From the NCBI GenBank assembly GCA_017458975.1, contig JAFSZK010000057.1:11978-75977 (forward strand): a DNA stretch of 64,000 nucleotides, written 5' to 3'. Below, piece by piece: positions 19,103 through 28,429 of the stretch (positions within the stretch are counted from its first letter, which is position 1; every line of letters begins with the position of its first letter). The translations under genes and the position numbers were made by a program. Source of the DNA: Eubacterium sp. (GTDB lineage Bacteria > Bacillota > Clostridia > Oscillospirales > Acutalibacteraceae). The notes below the pieces were generated by a model, which was given only the letters and a program-made list of their open reading frames with translations, did no database searches and was not told the DNA's origin.

Positions 19103-19576
19103 ATGCAGGTTTTTACCTTTAAAGCAAATATAAAGGCGATTGCGGGAGTTACCGTTTCTCTTTTGATTTTATGTCTTGCCGTCTTTTTCTTTGTTTCAAA
19201 CCACCCTGCCGAATCCGCAAGCGGAAAGGCTAAGGAGCTTCACTGTAAAACAAGCGGGCAACGCCTTGCTTATTTAAAGGAATTCGGCTGGGAGACCGAC
19301 GGCAACGAGGCTTCAAAGGAAATAACTATTCCCGAAACCTTTAACGAGGTATATAAAAACTATAACTCAATTCAGAGGCAGCAGGGCTTTGACCTTGAAA
19401 AATACAAGGGCAAAAAGGCTGTTATTTATACCTATAAGATTACAAACTACAAGAATAACAAAAACGTTATCGCCGATTTGATTGTGTCGGGCGGCACCCT
19501 GATAGGAGCCGATTTGTGCGACCCTGCGGCTGAAAACGGATTTTTAACGGAGCTTACAAAAAATGGAAAGACTTGA
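19103..19576 (+). CDS. DUF4830-like small secreted/membrane protein
   Basis: N-terminal TM, then RLAYLKEFGWE, IPETFNEVY..YN..Q..QGFDL..YKGK pattern. Confidence 0.7.
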   Translation: MQVFTFKANIKAIAGVTVSLLILCLAVFFFVSNHPAESASGKAKELHCKTSGQRLAYLKEFGWETDGNEASKEITIPETFNEVYKNYNSIQRQQGFDLEKYKGKKAVIYTYKITNYKNNKNVIADLIVSGGTLIGADLCDPAAENGFLTELTKNGKT

Positions 19577-20264
19577 TAAGCTGCTCTCAAGCCGTCTTAA
19601 TATAACAAGAAAACAGGCAAAGGAGCTTATTAAAAATGAAAAAGTCAGCGTTAACGGCAAAACCGTAAAAAGCGCCGATTTCAAATGCGGCGACGATGAC
19701 GAGGTTGTTGCCGACTCAAAAAGAATTAATACCTCGCGCTTTGTTTATATTATGATGAACAAGCCGAAGGGAGTTATTTGCGCAAGCGACGGCAAAGGCG
19801 ACAAAACCGTTATTGACCTTCTCCCCGAGGATATGAAAAGAAAGGGACTTTTTCCCGCAGGAAGGCTTGATAAGGATACTACGGGCTTCGTTCTTATTAC
19901 CGACGACGGCGAATTTGCCCATAATATTTTAAGCCCGAAAAAGCATATTGAAAAAGCCTATACTGCGCTTCTTGACAAGCCCGTAAATGAAAACGTTATC
20001 AAGGACTTTGAAGCGGGTATGTCCCTCGGCGAAGAAAAGCTCCTCCCCGCAAGGCTCAAAACGCTGAACGAAAACAATACCGAGGTTGAGATAATTATCT
20101 CCCAGGGAATTTATCACCAGATTAAAAGGATGTTTTTAAAGCACGGAATTACGGTTCTTGAGCTGAAAAGGACAAGCCTCGGCTCCCTCACCCTCGACAA
20201 AAACCTTAAAGAGGGCGAAAGCAGATACTTAACCGAGGAGGAATCGGCAAAAATCCATAGTTGA
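19563..20264 (+). CDS. rsuA: RsuA-family pseudouridine synthase with S4 domain
   Basis: RLDK S4 start, MNKPKG, GRLDKDTTG catalytic Asp motif, QGIYHQIKRM. Confidence 0.9.
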   Translation: MERLDKLLSSRLNITRKQAKELIKNEKVSVNGKTVKSADFKCGDDDEVVADSKRINTSRFVYIMMNKPKGVICASDGKGDKTVIDLLPEDMKRKGLFPAGRLDKDTTGFVLITDDGEFAHNILSPKKHIEKAYTALLDKPVNENVIKDFEAGMSLGEEKLLPARLKTLNENNTEVEIIISQGIYHQIKRMFLKHGITVLELKRTSLGSLTLDKNLKEGESRYLTEEESAKIHS

Positions 20265-20278
20265 CGCCAAATGCAGCT

Positions 20279-20296
20279 ACCACTATATATTGTGGT
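20279..20296. promoter_or_regulatory. Palindromic site resembling an NrdR box
   Basis: accactatatattgtggt is 16/18 self-complementary and matches the acaCwAtATaTwGtg consensus; single copy. Confidence 0.35.
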
Positions 20297-20482
20297 TATT
20301 GTGGAATTTATGCAATTTCTACAATTTTTTTAAAAAAATTTGTTAAAAAGGTTGCAATAATATCGAATCACTTGTATAATATATACAACTGATTTGATAT
20401 TTTTTTGTGCATAATTATGGGAATAACCAATACCATTGTATTTTTTGCACAAATTAATACTACTAAAGAAAGGATTACGAGT

Positions 20483-21568
20483 ATGCCAAATAAATTATTC
20501 CAGGGAATTATTACTCAGATGAGGCAGGCTACCGACCGTGTTATTGGCGTTATTGACGAAAGCGGAACAATCGTTGCCTCAAGCGACCTCCCCCTTATCG
20601 GCGAGGTCAGAAAGGGAGTTATTGCAGCAGGTGTATTCAACGGTCCGCTCATCAGCGTGGACTCCTGTACTTATAAGGCTTTCGGTGACAGCGTTCATCC
20701 CGACTATGCCGTTTTTGTTGACGGTACTGACGAGGCAAGCCGCCACTACGCAAGCATTATCGCCATTTCTCTTGACCAGATTAAGAAGAATAACGATGAA
20801 AAATTTGACCGCTCTAATTTTGTTAAAAACGTAATTCTTGACAATATTCTTCCCGGTGATATTTATATTAAATCAAGGGAGCTTCATTTTAATAACGACG
20901 CTTCGAGAGTTGTATTCTTAATAAGAGTTACCAAGACAAGCGATATTTCGGTATTTGATATCGTTCAAAACTTCTTCCCCGACAAGTCCAAGGATTTCGT
21001 TATCAATATTAACGAAAGCGATATTGCTCTCGTTAAAGAGGTTCGACCGAATATTGATTCAAAGGACCTTGAAAAGCTTGCGGGCTCAATTTGCGACACT
21101 CTTACAAGCGAATTTAACTGTACCTCGATTATCGGTATAGGCGCCTGCGTTACCGGCATTAAAGAGCTTGCAAGGTCGTTTAAAGAGGCTCAGGTTGCGC
21201 TTGAGGTCGGAAAGGTATTCGATAACGAGCGCTCAATAATAAGCTATGAAAATCTCGGTATTGCAAGACTTATCTACCAGCTTCCTACAACGCTTTGCGA
21301 TATGTTCTTAAAAGAAGTCTTTAAGAAGGGCTCGATTGATTCGCTCGATAGCGAAACCCTCTTTACTATTCAGAAATTCTTTGAAAACAACCTTAACGTG
21401 TCCGAGACGTCAAGAAAGCTCTTTGTTCACAGAAACACCCTTGTATACCGTCTTGAAAAAATTAAGAAGCTTACGGGTCTTGACCTGAGGGAATTTGACG
21501 ACGCTATTGTATTCAAAGTAGCGCTTATGGTAAATAAATACCTTTCCTCAACACCCGTTAAATACTAA
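20483..21568 (+). CDS. CdaR/PucR-family transcriptional regulator
   Basis: N-terminal sugar-diacid recognition-like region, GGDEF-like middle, C-terminal HTH NLNVSETSRKLFVHRNTLVYRLEKI. Start moved to the ATG at 20483 (AAAGGA RBS). Confidence 0.92.
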   Translation: MPNKLFQGIITQMRQATDRVIGVIDESGTIVASSDLPLIGEVRKGVIAAGVFNGPLISVDSCTYKAFGDSVHPDYAVFVDGTDEASRHYASIIAISLDQIKKNNDEKFDRSNFVKNVILDNILPGDIYIKSRELHFNNDASRVVFLIRVTKTSDISVFDIVQNFFPDKSKDFVININESDIALVKEVRPNIDSKDLEKLAGSICDTLTSEFNCTSIIGIGACVTGIKELARSFKEAQVALEVGKVFDNERSIISYENLGIARLIYQLPTTLCDMFLKEVFKKGSIDSLDSETLFTIQKFFENNLNVSETSRKLFVHRNTLVYRLEKIKKLTGLDLREFDDAIVFKVALMVNKYLSSTPVKY

Positions 21569-21573
21569 ATCTT

Positions 21574-21876
21574 ACGCACGGAGTTGCCCACCTGTTCTAA
21601 AGGCTAACAAGGTTTAAATCGTAATCTTTTGCTCATCTTGGCGATTAAAAATCGCCTGAATACGAAAGTATGCAGTCAATTTTATAATCACCAATCCAAC
21701 CAAAATCTTAACGATTTAAACTGCTGCGCACCTCATTCTTAGGATTTTAGTGTAAGAACAAGGCATATTTTTTTGGGAAGGCTGACGCCTTCCCAAAAAA
21801 TTTAACGCAGTTATTATGCTAAAAGACAAGAAATGAGGCTTATTATCCTTTAGAACAGGTGGGCTTTCCCGTGCGT
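21574..21876. repeat. 303-bp fold-back element with 30-bp imperfect terminal inverted repeats (MITE-like or structured RNA)
   Basis: 21574-21603 and 21847-21876 are reverse complements at 26/30 positions (perfect 18-bp core gcccacctgttctaaagg); nested stems inside. Confidence 0.75.
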
Positions 21877-21952
21877 TTTGTTATAATATTGTAATTGTAT
21901 TTAGAGTGAATTTATGATACTATAATAAAAAAATATAAAAGGAGTAATTTTT

Positions 21953-22798
21953 ATGAAAAAGACATTATCAATTTTACTTGCAATTTTAATGATTACAGGC
22001 TTTTCCTCTGTTGCGTTTACGGCGGTGGCTGACGAGCCGGCCTTATGCCATCTTGAAACGCTTGCAACCGAAGGCGGAACCGCTATTGGTGGCGACTACT
22101 ATCCGTCCGGAGATACGGCAGAAATCACAGCAACTCCTGATGAAAACTATATTTTTGTCGGCTGGTATGAAGGCGACAATTTGTTTTCCGACAAAGCCGT
22201 TTACGAATTTACCGTAACAAAGGACATTACCCTTACCGCAAAATTTGAGCCCAAGGCTCTAAAACTCTCTGCAATCAACGTTACAATGACTTATAACATT
22301 GCCAAAAAGCTCAGTATAACGGTTTACGGTGCAAACAACGCTGCACTCAGCAACAAAAATGTAACTATTACTTTTAACGGCAAAAAATACTATTTGAAAT
22401 CAGACAGCAACGGTAAAGCCTCTTTTATTGTTCCGAATACTATTCCCAAAACCTATACCGCAACTGTTGAATGCGACGGAGTTAAACAACAGGTAAAGAT
22501 AGCTATTAAAAAGGCTTCGCCTAAATTAAAAGTAACCACTAAAGCCTTTAAAGCAAACGTAAAAACAAAGAAGTATTCCGTAACCTTAAAAGACAACAAG
22601 GGTAAAGCTCTTAAGAAAGCTAAGGTTACCTTAACTGTTAGGGGTAAAACATATAAAGCAACTACAAATGCAAAGGGCAACGCTACCTTTAAAATTACGA
22701 AGCTTACCAAAAAAGGAAACTATAACGCCTCTATTAAATATAAAGGCGACAAGTATTATAACGCTGCTTCCAAAAAAGCAAAGATTACCGTAAAATAA
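21953..22798 (+). CDS. Secreted protein: divergent InlB B-repeat-like module plus two Lys-rich Ig-like domains resembling methanogen adhesin-like protein tails
   Basis: Signal peptide; GG...G...A.P..NY.FVGWY...YEFTVTKD.TLTAKF module; tail KKASPKLK..K.FKANVKTKKYSVTLKDNKGK..KITKLTKKG.Y...YKGDKYYN...KITVK. Confidence 0.7.
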   Translation: MKKTLSILLAILMITGFSSVAFTAVADEPALCHLETLATEGGTAIGGDYYPSGDTAEITATPDENYIFVGWYEGDNLFSDKAVYEFTVTKDITLTAKFEPKALKLSAINVTMTYNIAKKLSITVYGANNAALSNKNVTITFNGKKYYLKSDSNGKASFIVPNTIPKTYTATVECDGVKQQVKIAIKKASPKLKVTTKAFKANVKTKKYSVTLKDNKGKALKKAKVTLTVRGKTYKATTNAKGNATFKITKLTKKGNYNASIKYKGDKYYNAASKKAKITVK

Positions 22799-22819
22799 TC
22801 ATAAACAAGGAGTTTTTCT

Positions 22820-25800
22820 ATGGCAAAGGTATATCGGGTTTTTGTTGAAAAAAAGAAAGGAAACGACATTGAAGCGGGTCAGATTCTTGAGGACCTGCGC
22901 TCAAACGTCGGCATTACCGCGCTTAAGGATTTAAGAATTATCAACCGCTATGACGCCGAGGGCTTAAGCGAGGAGGAATTCAAATCCGCAGTGGGTCAGG
23001 TATTTTCCGAGGCGAATCTTGATAACGTGTATTATGAAATCAGCTTTGACGAGGGCTGGAAGTATTTTGCAACCGAGTATCTTCCCGGTCAGTATGACCA
23101 GAGGGCGGACTCCGCGGCGCAATGTATTCAGCTTCTCACCGCGGGCGAAAAGCCAACCGTTGCTTACGCAAAGATTATTGCCTTTAAGGGCGATGTTTCC
23201 GAAAGCGAAATTAAAAAAATAAAATCGTATATTATCAACCCCGTTGAGTCAAGAGAGGCGTCAATGGAGCTTCCCGAAACGCTTGATATTAAAAGCGACG
23301 TGCCCGAAGATATTAAAAGAATCGCGGGCTTTATCGCTTTGAGCGATGAAGAAATTGCCGCTTACCACGGAGAAATGGGCTTTGCAATGAGCGTTGCCGA
23401 CCTCTGCTGGGTTCGCGATTATTTTAAAAATGACGAAAACCGCGACCCCTCCCTTACCGAGCTCAAGGTTATTGATACCTATTGGAGCGACCACTGCCGT
23501 CATACCACCTTTGCCACACAGCTTGATGAAATAAAAATCGACCAAAGCAGGTATTGTGCTGCAATCGAAAAAGCATTAAACGATTACTTTGAGGTAAGAA
23601 AAGAGGTCTACGGCGAGCGCAAGGACAAGCTTGTCTGCCTTATGGATATGGCTTGTATCGGTACAAAGGTTCTTAAAAAGAGAGGCTTTGTAAACGACCT
23701 TGACGAGAGCGAGGAAATCAACGCCTGCTCGATTAACGCCAAGGTTGACGTTGACGGAAAAGAAGAGGACTGGCTTATTCAGTTTAAAAACGAAACCCAT
23801 AACCACCCGACTGAAATCGAGCCCTTCGGCGGAGCGGCAACCTGTCTCGGCGGCGCTATCCGCGACCCGCTTTCGGGAAGAGCTTATGTATACCAGGCAA
23901 TGCGTGTAACGGGCTCGGGCGACCCGACTACTCCGTTTGAAAAAACGCTTGACGCAAAGCTTCCCCAAAGTAAAATCACCGTCGGCGCGGCGCAGGGCTA
24001 TTCCTCCTACGGTAACCAGATTGGTCTTGCAACGGGTCAGGTAGTCGAGCTTTACGACGAGGGATATGTTGCAAAAAGAATGGAAATCGGCGCAGTTATA
24101 GGCGCTTCTCCTAAAGAAAATGTAAAAAGAGAAACCCCCGAAAAGGGCGACGTAATCGTTCTTCTCGGCGGCAAGACAGGACGCGACGGCTGCGGCGGCG
24201 CAACGGGCTCCTCAAAAGCGCATAACTCAATGTCAATTGAGACCTGCGGCGCAGAGGTACAAAAGGGTAATCCCCCGACCGAAAGAAAAATTCAGCGACT
24301 TTTCCGCAGAGGAGAGGTTGCAAAAATGATTAAACGCTGTAACGACTTTGGAGCGGGCGGCGTTTCCGTTGCAATCGGTGAGCTTGCCGACGGTCTTAAA
24401 ATCGACCTTGACAAGGTTCCCAAGAAATACGACGGTCTTGACGGTACAGAGCTTGCAATTTCCGAATCCCAGGAAAGAATGGCTGTTGTTATTGACAAGG
24501 GCGATGTTGAAAAATTTGAGGCTTTTGCTAATGAAGAGAACCTTGAAGCAACCGTAGTTGCGGTTGTTACCGATGAAAACAGACTTGAAATGACCTGGAG
24601 GGGCGACAAGATTGTTGACCTTTCCCGTGATTTTCTTAATACTAACGGCGTTGTTCAGCACGCAAAGGCTGAAATCGGCGCGATTGACAGCGACTCATAC
24701 AGGACTTCCGTCCCTGAGGCGCTTCGCGGCTTAAGCAACGCCAAAGCTTTTAAACACAATCTTTCCCGCCTTGAGGTTGCTTCCCAGAAGGGACTCGTTG
24801 AGCGCTTTGACTCCTCAATCGGAGCCGCTACGGTATTAATGCCGTATGCGGGAAGCTACCAGCTTACTCCCGAGGAAGCAATGGTATCAAAAATTCCGCT
24901 TCTCAAGGGTGAAACGGACACTGCGAGCGTTATGGCTTACGGCTTTATTCCGAAGCTCTCCTCATGGTCTCCGTTCCACAGCGCCGCTTTTGCGGTAACC
25001 GAATCGCTTTCAAAGCTTGCAAGCGTCGGTTGTGACCCGTCAAAGGCAAGACTTACCTTCCAGGAATATTTTGAAAGACTCGGCGACGACCCGAAGAGAT
25101 GGGGCAAGCCCACCGCTGCGCTGCTCGGCGCGCTTTCGGCTCAGCTTGGATATAAAACCCCGTCAATCGGCGGTAAGGACTCAATGAGCGGCTCGTTTAA
25201 CGAGCTTGACGTTCCTCCGACTCTCGTATCCTTCGCGGTTGGTATGAGCAAGGCTTCAAAGACGGTATCTTCAAGATTCAAAAAGGCGGACAGCCGCGTA
25301 TTACTTCTTCCCATACCGATTGACGACAGCTCCTCGCTTCCCGATTATGACAGAGCAATGGCGCTTATGATGAGCGTTTACGAGGGTATCAGAAACGGTA
25401 AAATCCTTTCGGCTTCGGTTGTTAAGGAGGGCGGTGCGGCTGCATGTATCTGTAAGATGGCGTTCGGCGATAAATTCGGCTTCACCTTTGAGCGCGACCT
25501 GCTCCCCGAAACACTTTTTGCTCCGATTCAGGGCTCGTTTGTTGTTGAGCTTGCGGCGGGCGAAAATATGGACGGAATCCTTCTCGGTAAAACTAACGAC
25601 AACTCCGTGTTCATTATCGACTCTGAGGTTTATACCTGCGACGAACTTATTGAAGAGTGGACTTCAAAGCTTGAAAAGGTATTCCCGACCGACTCAAAAA
25701 AGGAGGCAAAAATGCCTCAGGACGTTACTCTTTATAATGAACGTTCTATCTTTGTTAATAAAAATAAGGTTGCAAAGCCTAAGGTATTTATCCCCGCTTT

Positions 25801-26572
25801 CCCGGGTACAAACTGCGAAATCGACACAGCGAGAGCTTTTGAAAAAGCGGGCGCCGAGGCTTCAATTCTTGTTGTTAACAACCTCACTCCGGCGTCAATT
25901 AACGAGACGATTGATAAAATGGTATCCGAAATTGAAAGCTCCCAGATTGTTATGCTTCCCGGTGGCTTCAGCGGCGGCGACGAGCCCGAGGGCTCGGGCA
26001 AATTCATTGCTACAACCTTCCGCAACCCGAAGGTAAGCGAAGCTGTAAGCAAGCTTCTGAACAACCGCGACGGACTTATGCTCGGTATCTGTAACGGCTT
26101 CCAGGCGCTTATCAAGCTCGGTCTTGTTCCCTACGGTCAGATTACCAAAACAAAGGAAACCGACCCGACCTTAACCTTTAATACAATCGGCAGACATATT
26201 TCCCAAATGGCGTATACAAGAGTTACAAGCGTTAAGTCACCTTGGTTCTCATCGGTTAATGCGGGAGACGTTTTCGCCGTTCCTATCAGCCACGGAGAGG
26301 GACGCTTTGTTGCCGACGCGGCTACGGTTAAAGCTCTTGCCGAAAACGGTCAGATTGCAACCCAGTACGTTAATCTTGACCTTCAGGTTTGCAGCGATAT
26401 GCCCTTTAACCCGAACGGCTCCGTTTGTGCAATCGAGGGTATTACCTCGCCCGACGGACGCGTACTCGGAAAAATGGGTCACTGTGAGAGAAAGGGAGAT
26501 AATCTTTATACCAACGTTCCGTTTAATAAGGATATGAAGCTCTTTGAAAGCGGCGTTAATTACTTTAAGTAA
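22820..26572 (+). CDS. purL: Phosphoribosylformylglycinamidine synthase (fused PurL/PurQ type)
   Basis: WSDHCRH, KNETHNHPT, GGAIRD, NDFGAGG, SESQERM, and glutaminase PGGFSGGD, GICNGFQ, SHGEG, MGH.ER. Confidence 0.97.
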   Translation: MAKVYRVFVEKKKGNDIEAGQILEDLRSNVGITALKDLRIINRYDAEGLSEEEFKSAVGQVFSEANLDNVYYEISFDEGWKYFATEYLPGQYDQRADSAAQCIQLLTAGEKPTVAYAKIIAFKGDVSESEIKKIKSYIINPVESREASMELPETLDIKSDVPEDIKRIAGFIALSDEEIAAYHGEMGFAMSVADLCWVRDYFKNDENRDPSLTELKVIDTYWSDHCRHTTFATQLDEIKIDQSRYCAAIEKALNDYFEVRKEVYGERKDKLVCLMDMACIGTKVLKKRGFVNDLDESEEINACSINAKVDVDGKEEDWLIQFKNETHNHPTEIEPFGGAATCLGGAIRDPLSGRAYVYQAMRVTGSGDPTTPFEKTLDAKLPQSKITVGAAQGYSSYGNQIGLATGQVVELYDEGYVAKRMEIGAVIGASPKENVKRETPEKGDVIVLLGGKTGRDGCGGATGSSKAHNSMSIETCGAEVQKGNPPTERKIQRLFRRGEVAKMIKRCNDFGAGGVSVAIGELADGLKIDLDKVPKKYDGLDGTELAISESQERMAVVIDKGDVEKFEAFANEENLEATVVAVVTDENRLEMTWRGDKIVDLSRDFLNTNGVVQHAKAEIGAIDSDSYRTSVPEALRGLSNAKAFKHNLSRLEVASQKGLVERFDSSIGAATVLMPYAGSYQLTPEEAMVSKIPLLKGETDTASVMAYGFIPKLSSWSPFHSAAFAVTESLSKLASVGCDPSKARLTFQEYFERLGDDPKRWGKPTAALLGALSAQLGYKTPSIGGKDSMSGSFNELDVPPTLVSFAVGMSKASKTVSSRFKKADSRVLLLPIPIDDSSSLPDYDRAMALMMSVYEGIRNGKILSASVVKEGGAAACICKMAFGDKFGFTFERDLLPETLFAPIQGSFVVELAAGENMDGILLGKTNDNSVFIIDSEVYTCDELIEEWTSKLEKVFPTDSKKEAKMPQDVTLYNERSIFVNKNKVAKPKVFIPAFPGTNCEIDTARAFEKAGAEASILVVNNLTPASINETIDKMVSEIESSQIVMLPGGFSGGDEPEGSGKFIATTFRNPKVSEAVSKLLNNRDGLMLGICNGFQALIKLGLVPYGQITKTKETDPTLTFNTIGRHISQMAYTRVTSVKSPWFSSVNAGDVFAVPISHGEGRFVADAATVKALAENGQIATQYVNLDLQVCSDMPFNPNGSVCAIEGITSPDGRVLGKMGHCERKGDNLYTNVPFNKDMKLFESGVNYFK

Positions 26573-26583
26573 GGAGCGGTAAT

Positions 26584-26874
26584 ATGGATAATAATTCACA
26601 TCAGCATTATCACTCCGAGGAGCATAAAAAAACGGTCTCCAACCGCCTTGCAAGAGCGATAGGACACCTTCAGAAGGTAAAGCAGATGGTTGAGGACGAT
26701 GAGGATTGCAGCGAGGTTTTAATCCAGCTTGCGGCAGTTAAATCGGCAATAAATAACACGAGTAAGGTTATTTTAAAAGAGCATATGGACCACTGTATTG
26801 TTCACGCTGTTGAGGACGGAGACCTCGAAATGCTCGACGAGCTTTCAAACGCAATAGATAAATTTATTAAATAA
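26584..26874 (+). CDS. CsoR/RcnR-family metal-sensing repressor (InrS-like His/Cys/His/Cys set)
   Basis: NRLARAIGHL, DCSEVLIQLAAV and EHMDHC motifs; His-rich N-terminus HQHYH. Confidence 0.92.
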   Translation: MDNNSHQHYHSEEHKKTVSNRLARAIGHLQKVKQMVEDDEDCSEVLIQLAAVKSAINNTSKVILKEHMDHCIVHAVEDGDLEMLDELSNAIDKFIK

Positions 26875-26911
26875 AAATCACCCTGTAAGGATATCCTTAC
26901 AGGGATTTTTT
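26874..26911. terminator. Bidirectional terminator
   Basis: ccctgtaagga-ta-tccttacaggg hairpin with flanking A and T runs. Confidence 0.75.
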
Positions 26912-28328
26912 ATAATTTATAGAAGTCCTCGTTATGAGTATTAAGTCCTCTTCTTTCAAGATTGGAGCGGTCAATTCCCTTAAGCTTATCAAGTATTCTT
27001 AAAATGAGGTCCTTAATATCGCTTGAAAAGCTCGTTCGGTTAAGCGCGCGGAATTCCTCAACATATCTGTTAAGATACTGATTTTTAAAATCGGTCTTGC
27101 TCTGGTTATATTCCGCCCATCTCTCAATCGTTGCCTCCTTATCAAGAGTAACTATTGAGGGGATTTCCTTATTATCAAGCTTTTTAAGAAGCTTGTCATA
27201 CGGAACGTCGCCGTCGTAGGTCCTGTCGAATACAGTTTCAAGTCCGTTAGTTTTAAGGAATTCCTTATAGTGTTCAAAATTCTTATGATGAACGTCAAAG
27301 AGGCTCTTGAAATCAGCCTTTTCGATAAGCTCTTCAAGGTTCTTCGTTTTTGCAACCTCCTCGCCGGATACGGTTGGCAGCTTGTGATAATCAATAAGCT
27401 CCCTCATTCTTACGCCGTGAGGAATAAACAGGCTCGGCGTTCCCGCAATTATTGAGGTCACGTTACCGTGAAGCCTTGAGCCTACCGACAAATCAACCGT
27501 TTTAAGAAAATCAATCCAGTCGTTCGGGGAGGCGAACATCTTAACGCGGTTTTCAGCATATACGCCCTCATTTACCTTGTGTGGATATTCGGGCTTATTG
27601 TCAAAGCGGTGAATATAATCAATGCCAAGATAAAACGCCTTCATTTCCTCGTATCGCTGAGGAAGGAAGAAGCTGTTTTTATAGTCGCTGAGTACGCCGT
27701 TTAAAAACTCAATAGTGCTCGGAGAGGAAAGAATTGAATTATTAACGCTTATTCTCGAGTCACTGTTGATAACTGGCTTTTCAAAAGGCTTAAGCTCGCC
27801 GAAGGTATACATCGAAGGACAACCGATAACCGTAAATTCCTTGCCCTCTTTATACCCGAAACGAGTTAAATACTCGCCCGTAAGCTCGCCCCTTATTCCG
27901 ATAATCGCGCTTTTTTCAAGAACTGCGTCGCAAAGCTTTTTAACGTACGGGTCGAACTCCCTTTTAGTTTTCATAAGCTCATAGGTTTCAGCCCTTACTC
28001 CCGCGCCTACAATAATACACGGAATTTTCAGCGCCTTGACAAGTCTTGTAAGTCTTTCAAGCTCGACGTTTCCGTTAAGTCGGAAAATATCGGCAAGCGG
28101 AATAACGTAACAATCGTATTTTTCATTAATCCACTCGGCGTCAAGATTTGACATCCTGCAATAATCAACTCCGATTTCCACGTCGTCATCAACCATAAGA
28201 GCGCGCATAACGCTGTTTGCAAAAATCATATTTCCCGAATTACCGCGAATCAGATTTTTGGATACGACGTCGCATACGGATATGTCGTCGGCAGGATTAA
28301 AGCCCGCGCGAACAAGGATTCTTTTCAT
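26910..28328 (-). CDS. Polysaccharide pyruvyl transferase family protein
   Basis: GNSGNMIF, IIVGAG, IGIRGELT, VIGCPS and GSRLHG motifs. Confidence 0.85.
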   Translation of the reverse strand: MKRILVRAGFNPADDISVCDVVSKNLIRGNSGNMIFANSVMRALMVDDDVEIGVDYCRMSNLDAEWINEKYDCYVIPLADIFRLNGNVELERLTRLVKALKIPCIIVGAGVRAETYELMKTKREFDPYVKKLCDAVLEKSAIIGIRGELTGEYLTRFGYKEGKEFTVIGCPSMYTFGELKPFEKPVINSDSRISVNNSILSSPSTIEFLNGVLSDYKNSFFLPQRYEEMKAFYLGIDYIHRFDNKPEYPHKVNEGVYAENRVKMFASPNDWIDFLKTVDLSVGSRLHGNVTSIIAGTPSLFIPHGVRMRELIDYHKLPTVSGEEVAKTKNLEELIEKADFKSLFDVHHKNFEHYKEFLKTNGLETVFDRTYDGDVPYDKLLKKLDNKEIPSIVTLDKEATIERWAEYNQSKTDFKNQYLNRYVEEFRALNRTSFSSDIKDLILRILDKLKGIDRSNLERRGLNTHNEDFYKL

Positions 28329-28429
28329 ACAAGAACCACCTTTATACTATAATAATTTAAGTATATTATAAACTCCCGTTAATGTCAAACAAAAAACGGG
28401 CGGTAACATCCGCCCGAAATAAGTGTAAT

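Noticed and set aside
20405-20482. N-terminal extensions in the ORF track (also rplM 32807-32923 and LeuA-like 43653-43727)
   Set aside because: Better RBS-supported ATGs lie downstream; the LeuA-like extension overlaps the T-box terminator.
21769-21800. Strong hairpin as the cdaR terminator
   Set aside because: The T run precedes and the A run follows the stem on both strands, so it lacks a 3' U tract; it is treated as part of the larger fold-back element.
25419-26036. Long alternative-frame or antisense ORFs such as 9022-9594, 25419-26036, 37726-38238, 47915-48502 and 58139-58603
   Set aside because: They are shadows of strongly biased coding genes, with no RBS or recognisable motifs.
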